The notes beneath the pieces are model-generated. The model was not told the origin of the DNA. It did not search any database and was given only the letters and a program-made list of their open reading frames with translations. Positions 1 to 13,630 of a stretch of DNA of 64,000 nt are shown one piece after another. The first letter of the stretch is position 1, and each line of letters opens with the position of its first letter. Both the position numbers and the translations under genes were made by a program. The DNA is from Octopus sinensis (lineage: Eukaryota): contig NC_043005.1 of assembly GCF_006345805.1 (NCBI RefSeq), positions 87,606,001-87,670,000 of the forward strand, read 5' to 3'.

Positions 1-490
1 CATATATAACCGTGTATGTGCGAGTGTGTGTGTGTTCAATTTTATATTTATTAAGTGCAGACATGTAAAGTAAGCATAGGTTACGGTATCTCTACATTTC
101 TAAATTACATTACCGCTTTGTTGTCCTTGTATCCCGCACACACACATACACACACACACACACACATGTATGTATGTATGTATGTATGTATGTATGTATG
201 TATGTATGTATTATGTATGTATGTATGTACATGTGTTTATGAACGAAAGACAAGTACACTTCGAACGACGTTGTGTATAGTGACTTTTAGTCATCTAATG
301 CCTAGAAACACAGAACCTGCAAAGTGTCTGCTGCGGATATGTATAGTTACATACATATATGTCTATGTGTATGCATACACACATAGTACATACAATATAT
401 TGCATATATATGAGTGTATGTTTGTGAATACATTTATGCAAACACCCCGCACATATATACACACACACACCTATGTACAAAAATATATAA

Positions 491-544
<54 letters not shown>

Positions 545-547
545 GGG

Positions 548-605
<58 letters not shown>

Positions 606-606
606 C

Positions 607-684
<78 letters not shown>

Positions 685-687
685 GGG

Positions 688-756
<69 letters not shown>
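491..756. repeat. (GATA)n microsatellite, target tract of a Tx1 LINE
   Basis: Near-perfect GATA array abutting the LINE 3' end. Confidence 0.98.
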
Positions 757-758
<2 letters not shown>

Positions 759-2150
759 GTTTCTTTATTGGCCAGACAGGGCTGCACACAGATGGGACAA
801 GTTACAAGGTAGAGCTTTTCTTTTGGGGGATGAAGAGAACAAAAAACAAAAGAAAAAAGGGGTGGCGTAGGTTTTCGATCAAGAGGGATCGTAAAAGGGA
901 AGAAAAGAACAAAAAAAAATTGAATAAAATAAAAGGAATAAAAAGAAAAAAAAAAGGAAAAGGAGCAAAAGGAAAGAGAAATGAAAAAAAAAAGAAAAAA
1001 GGGGGGAAAAAAGGGGAAGAGGAAAAAAAGAACGATCAATAGGATCGTGTATCACAGTGTTATGATATATGGTGTAAAGGGGAAAGCAAGTAAGGTTTAT
1101 CCGTGGGAAGAAAAGCCTACGAAAAAGACCACGGTAACCTTGGTCAATATTGTTATATGTTACCACATTTGTTTGCAAGTGGGTAACCCTCTGTTTTTAA
1201 TTTCTGGGTTCATAGGATTATGCTCAAGGTGGCTTCGTCATTCATACGTGCCATCCTTGCTACATTCACCCATCTTTTTTTAAAACATTCGCTAGACAAA
1301 ACTTGCCTCTCTACTCTCACTTTCCTTTTCAAGTGGTACTTGAAGAAGTTGATGAGAGATTGACCAGAGAGGAAAGTGTTTGTCTTCATTCCTTTCAGAC
1401 GCGTCCACCAGATACATTCTTTCGCCATAGCCACAAGGATGATGAAAATAGCTCTTCCTTCCCGTTTGAAGGAAGGAGGCGTGACAATATTGACGATAGA
1501 CTCAGCTGATAAACCGACTCGTCCCACACGTGACAGCAGTTGTTCGACATAAGCCCACAGGTCGGAAATTGTTGGACACTGCACGAGTGCGTGCAGAACG
1601 GTTTCGTCGCTCTGACCGCATCTCGGGCAGGTCGGCCCCGTGTTTCTAGAGCCGTGTCTGTAGAGCTTATCCCGAACGGGTAGCGCTTCTCGGTAGCACT
1701 GCCAGGCCAGGGATCTCTGGAAGTTGTCCATGGGGCCTGGCCCGAAAGTCGTCCTGAACAGGCGGGTCAGGTACTCCTCGTCGACGTCCAGGTTCGCCCC
1801 GAGCTCGTCGCCGTACCTCCCCTCCACTAATCCCCTATAGAATGCTTTGGTTGTGTTGAAGTCACTCAAGGTCGACCCGGGACGGCAGAGTTGCTTGAGA
1901 GCAACGCGACACTCGTGGTGCCAATCGCCCTTCCTCGGCCTCTTTTTGATCCACGACTGCAGTTCGGTCATGGAGACGAGCTGCGGGAAAGCGTGCCTCA
2001 CAAACGGCGACCACACCTGTTCACCGTCGTCTACATAAAGCCAGAGATGTCGCAGTCTCAGCGCGTGTCTGCGCATCATCAACCACGGCATACCCAGCCC
2101 TCCTTTTAACGGATGTTGACAGCAAATGGATCGCCTGACCATCGGGACGC
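757..2150 (-). mobile_element. 5'-truncated Tx1/L1-clade non-LTR retrotransposon (ORF2 C-terminus plus 3' UTR)
   Basis: Uninterrupted frame 2150->1210 with 'PLKGGLG', 'LAWQCYREALPV' and CCHC finger 'CPRCGQSDETVLHALVQC', as in Tx1/L1 ORF2 C-termini. Pyrimidine-rich 3' UTR ends CCAATAAAGAAACTT. GATA arrays on both sides. Confidence 0.92.
1210..2142 (-). CDS. Tx1-like ORF2 C-terminal fragment with CCHC zinc finger (start is an artefact of truncation)
   Basis: 310 aa open frame. Its last ~90 aa align closely with the C-terminus encoded at 6926-7205 (PPSFKREG...MAKEC.WWTRLKG..TNTFLSGQSL.NFFKYHLKR). Confidence 0.85.
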   Translation of the reverse strand: MVRRSICCQHPLKGGLGMPWLMMRRHALRLRHLWLYVDDGEQVWSPFVRHAFPQLVSMTELQSWIKKRPRKGDWHHECRVALKQLCRPGSTLSDFNTTKAFYRGLVEGRYGDELGANLDVDEEYLTRLFRTTFGPGPMDNFQRSLAWQCYREALPVRDKLYRHGSRNTGPTCPRCGQSDETVLHALVQCPTISDLWAYVEQLLSRVGRVGLSAESIVNIVTPPSFKREGRAIFIILVAMAKECIWWTRLKGMKTNTFLSGQSLINFFKYHLKRKVRVERQVLSSECFKKRWVNVARMARMNDEATLSIIL

Positions 2151-2182
<32 letters not shown>

Positions 2183-2184
<2 letters not shown>

Positions 2185-2271
2185 CTTTCTTTATTGGCCA
2201 CACAGGGCTGGACACATAGGGGACAACTACAAATATAGTTGTCCCCTCTGCGTCCAACCCTGTGTGGCCAC
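2183..2271 (-). mobile_element. Tiny Tx1 3'-end copy folded back as a hairpin
   Basis: Same terminal sequence as 757-800. 2195-2229 is the near reverse complement of 2236-2270. GATA/GACA repeats on both sides. Confidence 0.85.
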
Positions 2272-2323
2272 AGATGGATAAACAGAGAGACAGGCAAACA
2301 GACAGACAGATAGATAGACAGAC

Positions 2324-2356
<33 letters not shown>

Positions 2357-2423
2357 TACAGACAGATAGACAGGCATACAGACAGACAGACAGACAGACA
2401 GATAGACAGACAGATAGACAGAC

Positions 2424-2507
<84 letters not shown>
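2272..2507. repeat. (GACA)n/(GATA)n compound microsatellite
   Basis: Directly visible. Confidence 0.95.
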
Positions 2508-3542
2508 GTGTGTGAGTGTGTCGATGTGTGCTGTGTGTGTCTACACTTCACGTATAGAGATACTATAGCTATTCTAGTCTTGTAACCATTCAAAGATCAT
2601 CTTGACAATTTTTCTGAGGTTTTTTCGGGGACATAGCTGGGAAATGAGTTTAAAATTAACAAACATGTACGCTACATGCATTGCTCCAGCATGACCACCA
2701 GACCACATTACTACAACGTATAGTTAAGAGAAATAAAATATCAGAATTTCAGAATGTCCAATCTTTGATTGATTTTCACAAATCGAATTCGGCTCCAAAA
2801 TGTGCGCCATCGTAATCATATTGCGTGATGGGAAAATTCACACCATGAAAACAATGGAAGGAATTGTGAGGAGGGAATCAAGCAATGATGCTACATCTTT
2901 TCAAATGTCATCTCTTTCAGATATTCTACTGCGAATTTCGCTCTGTTGGAATTAAATAGTCCCATCCTTTGACGATTGCTAATTTTCATGACACATACTG
3001 TATTTTTTAAATGTAATATCCGGATAGTTTCTTTCGTTATTCATTCGACGATTCGTCTTCTCTTTATTATATATATATATTATGTTTACTTAGAGGTTTC
3101 TCATGCCTTTCCACAGCTATTGCTTTAATATATTGTCGAGCTTTTGCGTTCTTTACATGTAAGTGTATTAATTTGGTTTTGTTGCTATTGTTATTGATAT
3201 TAACGGGGATTTGTAATATAATATATAATATACTAAACGAATGCAGTCCTACATACTAAAGGGCGTTTGAGACAGGGTGTTCTCAGCAGCGGAAGAGATG
3301 AATAGGAGGAAATGTTGGCCACAGATAATAAGATAGAATGCGTCAAGTGAGAATCAGTAAAGGAAATGGAAAATAAACATTCGTATGTGCGCATTGGTGT
3401 GGACGGGTGTATATAACCAATTATAACATAATACACATATGGAATGAGGAAACAGTGATGTGTGTGTCTATATATATATTGAATTATATGGATAATACCA
3501 TACTAATATATACATACATATATATATATATATATATAATAT

Positions 3543-3604
<62 letters not shown>

Positions 3605-3714
3605 ACATCAATAATCTTACAAAACAAATATATAAACGTAACATATATAATATATATATGTGTGTGTGTGTGTATGTATATATGCTGTATGTATGTATGT
3701 GTATATATATATAT

Positions 3715-3747
<33 letters not shown>

Positions 3748-4239
3748 GTATGTATTATGTATGGATATATATATACATAATATAATGAAATGACAGAATA
3801 TCAAATGGCCGTTGTGATTGAACTAATAATTTTTGGCATGAAACGATGCAATCTACAGGTTTATATAGTAGTGGTGATAGCTATATTTTACAAGTTACAA
3901 TTGTAGTGAGATGACTAAAATGTGTGCCTTAAATACATATGTATAGACTGCAGAATGTTAATTTTTTGCAAATTGTATTCTGACCAATCAGCGTGTGGCG
4001 TTACTAAATTACTTAAGTTGATTGGTGTTTGGTTGAGGCGTCACGGTTTCTTGAACATGTCGAGCGACCTGTATTTTGACCCTGGCCAAAGCAGTTATTG
4101 TTGAGATCAGTTTTAGAAATGTTGTAAATAACATTTCCCTGGGATCTTTACGTTTCAATTATCCTCACCATTAGCATCTCCTTTATTATTGTTATCGTTG
4201 TTGTTCGTGGTGGTGATGGTGACGGTGGTGGTGGTTGGT

Positions 4240-6184
4240 GTAGCTGTGGTAATAGACGTTTAAACCATAAAATAAATTACTTTTACTGACGTTTCTCTTG
4301 ACTTAGCTAGTATTTTGCTGCTATCGTCATCATAAGAACTTTTAGTATTGCTGTTGTTGCTGTTAATGGTAGTAATCGTAGCAGTAGCAATAGAAATAAT
4401 AGAAACAGTACCTCTATGTATTATTATTGTTTATTTAGCTTGGGTCGGAATTTATTACTAAAGTTCTTTTCGTTGGTTTTTCTCTCCGGTTCTCATTATT
4501 GTCGGTACACGCGAGAACGTTCTGATAGTGCATATCCAGTTTGGCCCACATATAGTTATTCACAGTTCCGGCATCTGATGCAGGAAATTAAATTTCTGCT
4601 TTTGCAGTTCATATTTGCGTTTCTGAATATCTTTTCCGGTTTTTGTGTTCATATATTGCCGGTATGTATCAATAGTCGTGTATCATATCGGCTATCATTG
4701 TATTTAGATACAGTTAATGATTGCTATATGATGTTAAGTTCAAACTTAGCCTTCGCTAATAATTTTTTCAAGTTTTTAGGCTGTCTTTTACGAAGAACCA
4801 TAGCTCGTTCAGGGATTGTAACTTTTAAGCCATTAATTTGAGCAATGCTATGATTTGTTCTTGTTTTCCTCTTTTTTACGCTGTCCTCAGTTCTTGTATG
4901 GGTATTTTTATAACCCGTTGTATGCCATTTTCTATTAGTAGAGGCGGATATTTTTGTTTGAGAAAAAATTCTCTTAGTTCTCTTAGGAGTTTGTTCCTGA
5001 TATTCTCATCTTCTCCAATGGTACAAATTCTTCTGCCTAGGCTAGTATGTAGTGGGTGGCACGACTGAAAATTCATGTATTAATGTGTGTCCGTGTGTTT
5101 GTAATATATATCTGTGGTAAAGGTGGTGTCCTTTTTAACTACCATTATATCTAGGAATTGTAGTTTGGTACTACTCATCTTCGTAAATTGGAAAGATGGG
5201 TACAGGCTGTTCAGGAGGATACTGAACTCTTCCAGAGTATTTAAAGATTCTCTCCAGCTTATGAAGCGATCGTCTAGGTATCTCTTCTGCACCTTCTCAA
5301 TATACTTTCTAAATTTAGTGCTATAGCTTTCCTCTACTTCTTGGTAAAATTGTTGTTCAAAGTATCCCATTACAGAGATCGCGTAAACGGGAGAAAACCT
5401 CGTTCCCATCGCCGTGCCTTTAATTTAGATGTAATTCATTCCATTGAAGAAGAACGTGTTGTTTTCCAGATAAGTCTGACTATGTCTAATGTAAATAGTA
5501 CTGGGAATCTGCTGGGAATCACTTCATTCTGTTATTTTACCCAGTATTTAATCGCCTTTATTCCTAAATCATGTGGAATATTGGTATCAAGGCTTACCAC
5601 ATCAAAGCCAAGTGGATGTGAATTCGTTTCATTTGTTTTGGGAAAATTGTACCGGAAGTCGATGTCATCCCGGTTTGGAACTGGGTATGTAGGTGCATAG
5701 TGGTTTCAAAACATAGGCAGTGAGTAGGGCATGTTGGACCAGCTATAATAGGTCTAAATTGTAAGTCTTTTGGATACAGCAATTTTATGTACTCGCTTTT
5801 TAATTTTTTACAGCATGCTGGATATCTTTTGATTTATGTATCTTCGGTAAACCGTAGAAGTCGCAGAGTTTGGCTCGAAATTAGTTATGTAGTCTCTCTC
5901 ATTATCGGTAAGTGAGTTGTGGTGTTTTGAAACCAGGTTGTTGATCTTCTTCATGATCTAGTGGTCTACATTTGAAGGTATTTCACAGTAGAAGGTTAGG
6001 CCCTTCAGTTAGTCCTTAGCACAACTTACAGGTACTATTTTTAATGCAACGTCCACTACTATTAACGACAACAGCAATAATAATAATTCTCTTGATGACA
6101 ATAGCAGAAAATACCAGCGAAGTCAAGAGAAACGTCAGAAACAATAATCTTATTCAGGGTTTAAAGTTCTATTGCCAAAGCTAC
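4240..6184 (-). mobile_element. Degenerate Penelope-like element (RT + GIY-YIG) with inverted pseudo-LTRs
   Basis: Minus-strand fragments: 'FRPIIAGPTCPT', 'MGTRFSPVYA...RYLDD...LQFLDI...TDIYYKHTDTH', 'SCHPLHT...RRICTI', and near 4500-4590 'CIRCRNCE*LYVGQTG..LSER' (GIY-YIG). About 4240-4385 and 6052-6184 are diverged inverted repeats. Confidence 0.9.
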
Positions 6185-6185
6185 T

Positions 6186-6268
6186 CCCAACGTGCCACGC
6201 AGTGGGACTGAACTCAGAACCATGTAGTTACGAAGCAACATTCTTACCACACAGCCACGCCTGTGCCT
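6186..6268 (-). mobile_element. tRNA-derived CORE-like SINE family A, head fragment
   Basis: Minus strand reads GGCGTGGCTGTGTGGTAAG...GAGTTCAGTCCCACTGCGTGGCAC. Same family as 11428, 19320, 27263 and 57955. Confidence 0.8.
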
Positions 6269-6417
6269 ATATGCTTATATGTGTGTTGAATAAAATGAGA
6301 CAACGAAGCCAAGGCAGTGTGAAATTTCGCAGACATTTATGAAGACAGAAGCAGTCTTACAGATGTTTCAAGGATAAAAAACGATATCCTATCATCAGAT
6401 ATGAGAGAGTTAAACAG

Positions 6418-6620
<203 letters not shown>

Positions 6621-6925
6621 CTTTTTATTGTAGCCACACAGGGCTAAACACAGAATAAAAATGGACGAAATACAATGTAGAATTTTTTTCTTTTCGGGGT
6701 GGGATGGGTGGGGCAAGAAGAAAAAAAAAAAAAAAAAAAAACGTTTGATCAATAGGGATCTATGGGTTGTGTGGTGTATAAAAAAGCAATATATATATAT
6801 ATATAAGGTTCGCAGTTTAGGTGTAGTCTTGGAAAGAAAAACCTACAAAAAAGACCAAGGTCACCTCAGGCAATTCGAAAAAGAACACATGAGTAAGTCG
6901 CCTTACTTCTCGTTGTCTCTTTTGG

Positions 6926-8602
6926 TTACAGATTTATGCTTAAAATAGTGTCGTCTTTCATACTGACCATTTTTGCCACTTTTACCCACTTTTTATTAAA
7001 ACATTCGTTCGACAAAGCCTTCCTCTCTATTCTCATCCTCCTTTTCAAGTGGTACTTGAAAAAGTTGACGAGAGACTGACCAGAGAGGAAGGTGTTTGTT
7101 TGCAGTCCTTTCAAACGCGTCCACCACACACATTCTTTCGCCATAGCCATCAGCGTAACGAAAACCGTTTTCCCTTCCCGTTTAAAGGAAGGTGGTGGAA
7201 CAATAGGGTAAACCATCCAATCCAGGCGACTTATCCCTCGCGCAGCCCGCCATCGCATCCCACACGTCAGCGGCTGTGATGGGACTTTCACAACACTCCG
7301 CTTCTCTTGCCGAGAGCCGCGGCAGGTCGGTCAGGTAGGCACTGAAATCCATCCCTCGTTCCGACCCACCACTCGCACCAAACAGTCGAGCAAAGTGCTG
7401 TTGAAAGGCCTCACACATCCTTTCGGGTTCGAGTATACTGCATCCCTGTTGATCTATTAGAGACCGAATGGTTGATCTGTTGCCACGCTGCGCCTCCGCT
7501 ACCCGGCCTCTCGCGCAGCTTCAATCCTTCGTTCCTTAAGGCACGCATTTTAGCTCTGACGACGCAACCTTCGTGCTTGGCGTTGAGGTGTTGGTCGAGG
7601 GCCATCCTCGCAGCCAGCACGTTGGTTGCGCTGCCAGTGGTAAGTGCCTCTTCTAGTTTCTTAACTAAGTCTCCCTCTACTCTATTTCGTTCTATCGCTA
7701 ATTCCTTGCTAAACCTAATTGATTCCGATTTTATTGCCATTTTCAGGGCGTACCACCAGCGGTTGTTAACGACCGCTCCTGTCAGCGCCCTATTAATTAA
7801 CTCACTAATCCGGTTCCCGTAAACCTGTCGCGCTAACAGCGACGTGTTCAGTTTCCAGTAACCGGGACCCTGCCTATGTGTTTTATCTAAGTCGAGCGTA
7901 CACGTAACAAATCTGTGATCTGTGTAGCTGACTATTTTAAATTGTGGACATCCTACACTATCCCTATCCGCTGTCCTGCATAGAATTCTATCTAGATAAG
8001 ATCTCGACGATCCGACGCGGTTTGTCCAAGTCCACGTTGGCACGTTCGGATGGTCGAGTCGGAACCTGTCATACAAATGGAAACGTCTGAGCAGGTCTTT
8101 GAGGCTCTTACACCCCCTTCTATCCTATCCTTCCCACATAATCTAGATGCGTGTCCAAGGTAGCGTTCCAATCCCCTACTAACAGTAAAGGTCTAGACGT
8201 ACCCAGGAAAACCTCTAGACGTCTGAAGAAATCCGCCCGACCCGTTAAGGACGGTGCATAAACTGCCATCAGACGGAATGCACACCCATTTCTGCCATCC
8301 ACGTCCAAGACAACCAGCCTACCCTCCGGGTCTAGGAATATTGCTCTTACTTTTACTTTTAGACTCTTTCGAAAAAGCACTGCAGTACCTCCACCACCCA
8401 TGTTCGGCAGACAGGGAGAAAAATAAATGTCAAATTGATTGCCAAACATGGACTCGAGGGCCCGCGGCTTACTGAGTCTGGTTTCGCTGATAGCTACTAT
8501 ATCCACGTCCAGTGACTTGATGTCGTTTAGAAGGTAACCTTGCTTCCAAGCCGACGCCAAGCCACGCGCATTCACACAACCTAATTTAAGCATACTTGAC
8601 AT
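6926..8602 (-). pseudogene. Tx1 ORF2: APE endonuclease + linker + C-terminus, with frameshifts and no RT
   Basis: ORFs 8602-8120, 8076-7411, 7418-7182 and 7291-6926. No YADD-type RT motifs between SPGLDGLPY and IVPPPSF. Confidence 0.88.
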
Positions 8603-8639
8603 TTACGAAAATTGTGTTTTACACACTATATTAGAAGAG

Positions 8640-10541
8640 ACAAGAGGCAAGAAGTGAGGTCACTTACTCATTTTAAAAGTTTCATTTTTTTCTTCTTCTT
8701 CTTTTGTATCGTTTTTGATGAGGTGTTTGTATAGTTTTTTCGACAGGTATCGTTGATACCCGCCTACCGCATTCGGAAATAATGTTTTCAGTATGTGGTG
8801 TTGTGCTTGTGTATGTGTAAAATTCTGATGTGTTTCGGTGGTGTGGTGTGCGGATGATTGTTTGTCTTAAAGTCATCTTCACAGACGACCATGTTAGATT
8901 TGATGTAGTCCATTAATTCTTTATTGTCTGTGTCTATTGCAGTTGTTGTGTGTGTGGTTTTGCGGGTTCATTACTTTTTTGATTGTCTAGGGGGATGTTG
9001 TCCTGAGTTAGATATCTCCCTGCTTTAATTCCTTGTTTGGTGGTGGATTTTTTGGATCTTTTTCTTTTACCCCCTGTGGCTATTTGCCATTCCGTCGAAC
9101 TTTCGTCGTCCGAGGTATCAGTATGGGGTAGAGGCAAAACATTTGCATTACTATGTATGCTTGTAAAATTGTTGATGTTTGGTGCGGTGTTTGTGTTGTT
9201 GTGGTGTTAGGGGTAGCATTTGCCTTCTCGTCAGTTTTTCTGTCTTTTTAATTGTCGTCCTGGGTGGGGGCGTGGGTCTATTTTTTGTTAATTCAACAGG
9301 TTTAATTGGTTGTGAAGTCAACGGTGATTGTGTTGGTACTGTTTTTCTTGGTGATGTTGTTGGGGTTGTTTGCTGGTTTGTTGTTTTTCTTGGCGTTGTT
9401 CCATAATTGAGTGTGTTGGTGTTGGTGTTGGCAACAAAGGATTTTATTGTTTTCTGAATTGTTCTTTCTTGTTTTTTCTGTACCAGATCGCACTTGGCAA
9501 TCAAATGTTCGGGGCTGCCACATTTGTAGCATCTAGGCTTTTTGCCTTCTGCCATAATATATAGGCATTGCTCATTCTCCAAGTATATCTTGTCGGGTAG
9601 GCTCTCGCGATGGCCCCCTCAATCTGGATGGTCACACTACTACTGTTTTTCCACCCCAATTGTCGTTTAGGTACACGGCTGTTTCTAGAATATTGATCTT
9701 TTTCAAGTGGTAACAGATTGCCCTGTTATCCATTTGTTCGGCATATCGGGGGGTACATTTCTGATAGTAATTCTACTCACCCTCTGGTTTTTATAATAAG
9801 GGACCATGATGATTTCATCATTTCCCAGAGACTCAGTAGAGTGAGCTTTTGCCACTTCCTCGTTAGGGAAGCGGACCACTACTGTGTTAACTGGGGACCC
9901 CAGTTTATATACTCTTTTTCTTTCATTATGTTTTTTAAACATTTCTCCACATCAGTTTTTGTAATCTGTTCATTTGGTTTTTTGTTTTTTCTAATAATTT
10001 TATATACAATTGTCTTATTTTCTATTTCTTGTTTTATATGTTGAGGTGTATGCAGGACTAAATCTTGTCCACGGGTTGTAAAGAGAGCTCTTGTTTCTAT
10101 GAGCTCTTCATTTGTGAATGTAACAATCTCCTTTTTCTGGCGAAGAATATCTGCGAAATTTACTGTTGTTGACTTTTTTGTATTAACATCTTCACTATTA
10201 GATAGTTCATTTTTATTGTTGTTCTTGTTGTTGCTGTTGTTTTTGTCAATAGTTTTCGTTTCAGTTTTATTTTTATCATTTATGTTGGTCGTGGTAGTGG
10301 TGGTGGTGGTGGTGGAGGTGGTGGTGGTAGCAGTTGTTGTCTCGTGGTTGCTGTTGTTAGTGGTGGTGGTGGCGGTGGTGACAGGGCTGTTAACGCACGT
10401 GGTTGCAGCGTTCATCTCACCGAATTTTACGTTGGCATTTTCCGTGCGAACGTTCTTTTTTTTCTCTATCGTTTCCAGACTAGGGAAATGTTGTTCCATA
10501 AAAGAACGCGACCAGCGTTCAACAATAAAATTTCTAGACAT
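8640..10541 (-). pseudogene. Tx1 ORF1 (gag-like, CCHC knuckle), frameshifted
   Basis: Consecutive ORF pieces 10541-9879, 9942-9703, 9582-9151 and 9137-8934. Homologous to the ORF1 at 28400-30240. Confidence 0.8.
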
Positions 10542-10741
10542 TTTCTAATGTCGAGAAGAAAATAATAGAAATGAAATGGGGTCGAAACTGCCCCTAGGGG
10601 CGAATTCCTCCCTTGGAAAAGCACTCAAATGAAAGTTGGTTGCCTTACGCACCTTATTTGCAAAAATCTACACAAAAATTGGCCTATAAATAGTCAAAAT
10701 AAATGATTACCTTCGGAGCTGAAACGACATCACATCCGTCA

Positions 10742-10952
<211 letters not shown>

Positions 10953-10959
10953 TAATAGT

Positions 10960-11200
10960 ATTGATCAGACGATCACATGTTATATATCACTGGTCACAAT
11001 GCGCCTCCAATTCTTCTTGATTGTGCTATTCTCTTTCATTTTGACCGAAATTGAGTAAGCAGATCTTCCTTCCATCGTCATGGAGACCTTCCGAGAGGCC
11101 TTTTCCGAACTTTTGGATACCACTCGGCAGGTGCACGGATTTATCTGGTGTCTGTAAACTTGGTGACATGTCTAGCTCATCACAATTTGTGCTTTCGCTA
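10960..11200 (-). mobile_element. RTE-clade LINE 3' fragment
   Basis: Minus strand translates '*ARHVTKFTDTR*IRAPAEWYPKVRKRPLGRSP*RWKEDL', matching the RTE C-terminal WAGHV...KRPxGRPxxRWxD pattern. A related 3' end lies at ~47850-47920. Confidence 0.7.
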
Positions 11201-11427
11201 TTCTGCAATCGTCTCGTTCACTCTGTTCCATCAACGAACTATTTCGTTTCGAATACGCTGTTGTAATGATATTCCAAACAGGGACGTTTTGCGTCGTAAC
11301 CAATCAATGTACAACCTACTACGTGGAAATCAAATTCTTAATTGCGTAGAAGAGCGTAAGTGGTACGGTGATATTGAAGTGGCTGGCACACACACATACA
11401 CACACACACACATACACACACACATAT

Positions 11428-11588
11428 ACGACGGGCCTCTTTCAGTTTCCGTCTACCAAATCCACTCACAAGGCTTTGGTCGGCCCGAGACTATAGTAGA
11501 AGACACTTGCCCAAGGTGCCACGCAGTGGGACTGAATCCGGAACCATGTGTTTCGTAAGCAAGTAATTACCACACTGCCACTCCTGCG

Positions 11589-11591
<3 letters not shown>
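11428..11591 (-). mobile_element. tRNA-derived CORE-like SINE family A
   Basis: A/B-box-like head followed by CCTTGGGCAAGTGTCTTCT (CORE-like). Confidence 0.85.
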
Positions 11592-11626
<35 letters not shown>

Positions 11627-12053
11627 CACACTGAAACATACTCCGGCAAACACAAGTTCAGCCGTCTGTGACATCAGTAAAACGTGCCTCATTCCATAAA
11701 CGCAGTTTAGTAGGAGCCGTTTTGTTTTATTTGGTAACATCTAGTTTTCTTTTCAAAGACACGTACAGACACGTGAAGAAATAGGTTACTAACTCACTAG
11801 GAAATAACTTATAGTTTTGCTTCCATAACAAACCATGTTGCTGCAAACCGTACTGTTCAACTGTGTTAAGCAACGCAACTAACAAAGACAAAGGATAGTA
11901 ATATCATAGAATTCATTGATTTCTAACTATAATGACTTCCCCGGTATTATAAATATTCTCTATATACTGTTTTCCTATTTATGTTATTGTTTTGATTATA
12001 GACGTACACACACATTCACACACATGCATATATATATGTATATATATATATAC

Positions 12054-12084
<31 letters not shown>

Positions 12085-12097
12085 ACATACATACATA

Positions 12098-12398
<301 letters not shown>

Positions 12399-12432
12399 AT
12401 ATATATATAATATATATTATATATATATATAT

Positions 12433-12541
<109 letters not shown>

Positions 12542-13630
12542 TATATGTACGTACGTACGTTCTATGTATTTTTAGTGGTTATTTCCGATGTTAACATTGT
12601 TCATCATGTTATTTACATTTATAAATATTATTGTTAATTTTATAATAAATGATGTACCATTTTCTTGTTACTCCTGTTGATAATTCACCCGCTTTCATTT
12701 TCCTGGTAAGGATGTGAGATATATACACACACACGCGCACTCACACAAATATTTATATATATATATATATATGTGTGTATGTGTGTGCGTGTGTGTGTGT
12801 ATGTATGTATATATGTATGTATATATGTATATATATATATATGTACATATATGTACATATATGTACATATATGTACATATATATATATATATATATATCT
12901 ATATATAAAACTGAATTGCGTTTTTACCGCTTGGATCGCTTTCAATGCCACTACATCCCGTCCGATTCGCTCCAAAATTTACAGGGACATGTAGAATGAG
13001 GTGACGATGCGCGTGGGCTACCTTAGAAATCCCTATCTTAAAAGGTGTGGTTGCTAGGGGCCATCTTCCTACCTCACCCTATTTCCTCCAGTACTCTGTC
13101 ACTCCTCTTCATAAGTCTCAGAAGTCCACTACGGTTATTTAAAGTATCTGTCACTATCGCTATTTCCTTTCTTTTTCACTGACTCTGTTTCCTACCTTCC
13201 TATCACTTCGGCGGCGTTCTTTTAAGTATATGTCTGTCACCAACAATCAACACACGAGCATGAGAACAAATATTATGAATCAGATATTCTTGCGTTCATT
13301 TATATGTGTGTGTGTGTGTGTGTGGTCTATATATATATATGTATATATAATGTATGTGTGTGTGTTCTATATATAAATATGTATATATAATGTATGTGTG
13401 TGTGTGTGTGTGTGTGTTCTATATATAAATATGTATATATAATGTAGGTGTGTGTGTGTGTTCTATATATAAATATGTATATATAATGTATATATACAAA
13501 GTGTATATATCTGTATTTATGTATATTAAACTTTTTCATAGTTATATATATTTTTAAACAAATTATAAATATAATTTCATAATTTTTATTTTCAATTTAA
13601 ATAATTTAAAGTTTTCAATTTTATATTTTA

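Larger units (their letters stand above)
6619..10741 (-). mobile_element. Tx1/L1-clade LINE with both ends present and the RT core deleted
   Basis: 5' UTR 10741-10542; frameshifted ORF1 with zinc knuckle CYKCGSPEHLIAKC; ORF2 APE endonuclease (VNARGL, SETRL, VYAP, GDWN, LDRI, TDH); WKLN and SPGLDGLP motifs joined directly to the extreme C-terminus. GATA arrays on both sides. Confidence 0.93.

Noticed and set aside
830-1042. Lys-rich ORFs (also 48914-49102)
   Set aside because: They are antisense reads of polypyrimidine retroelement 3' UTRs.
3978-4030. Two opposed CCAAT boxes suggesting a promoter
   Set aside because: Short motifs with no linked gene; they could be chance or TE-derived.
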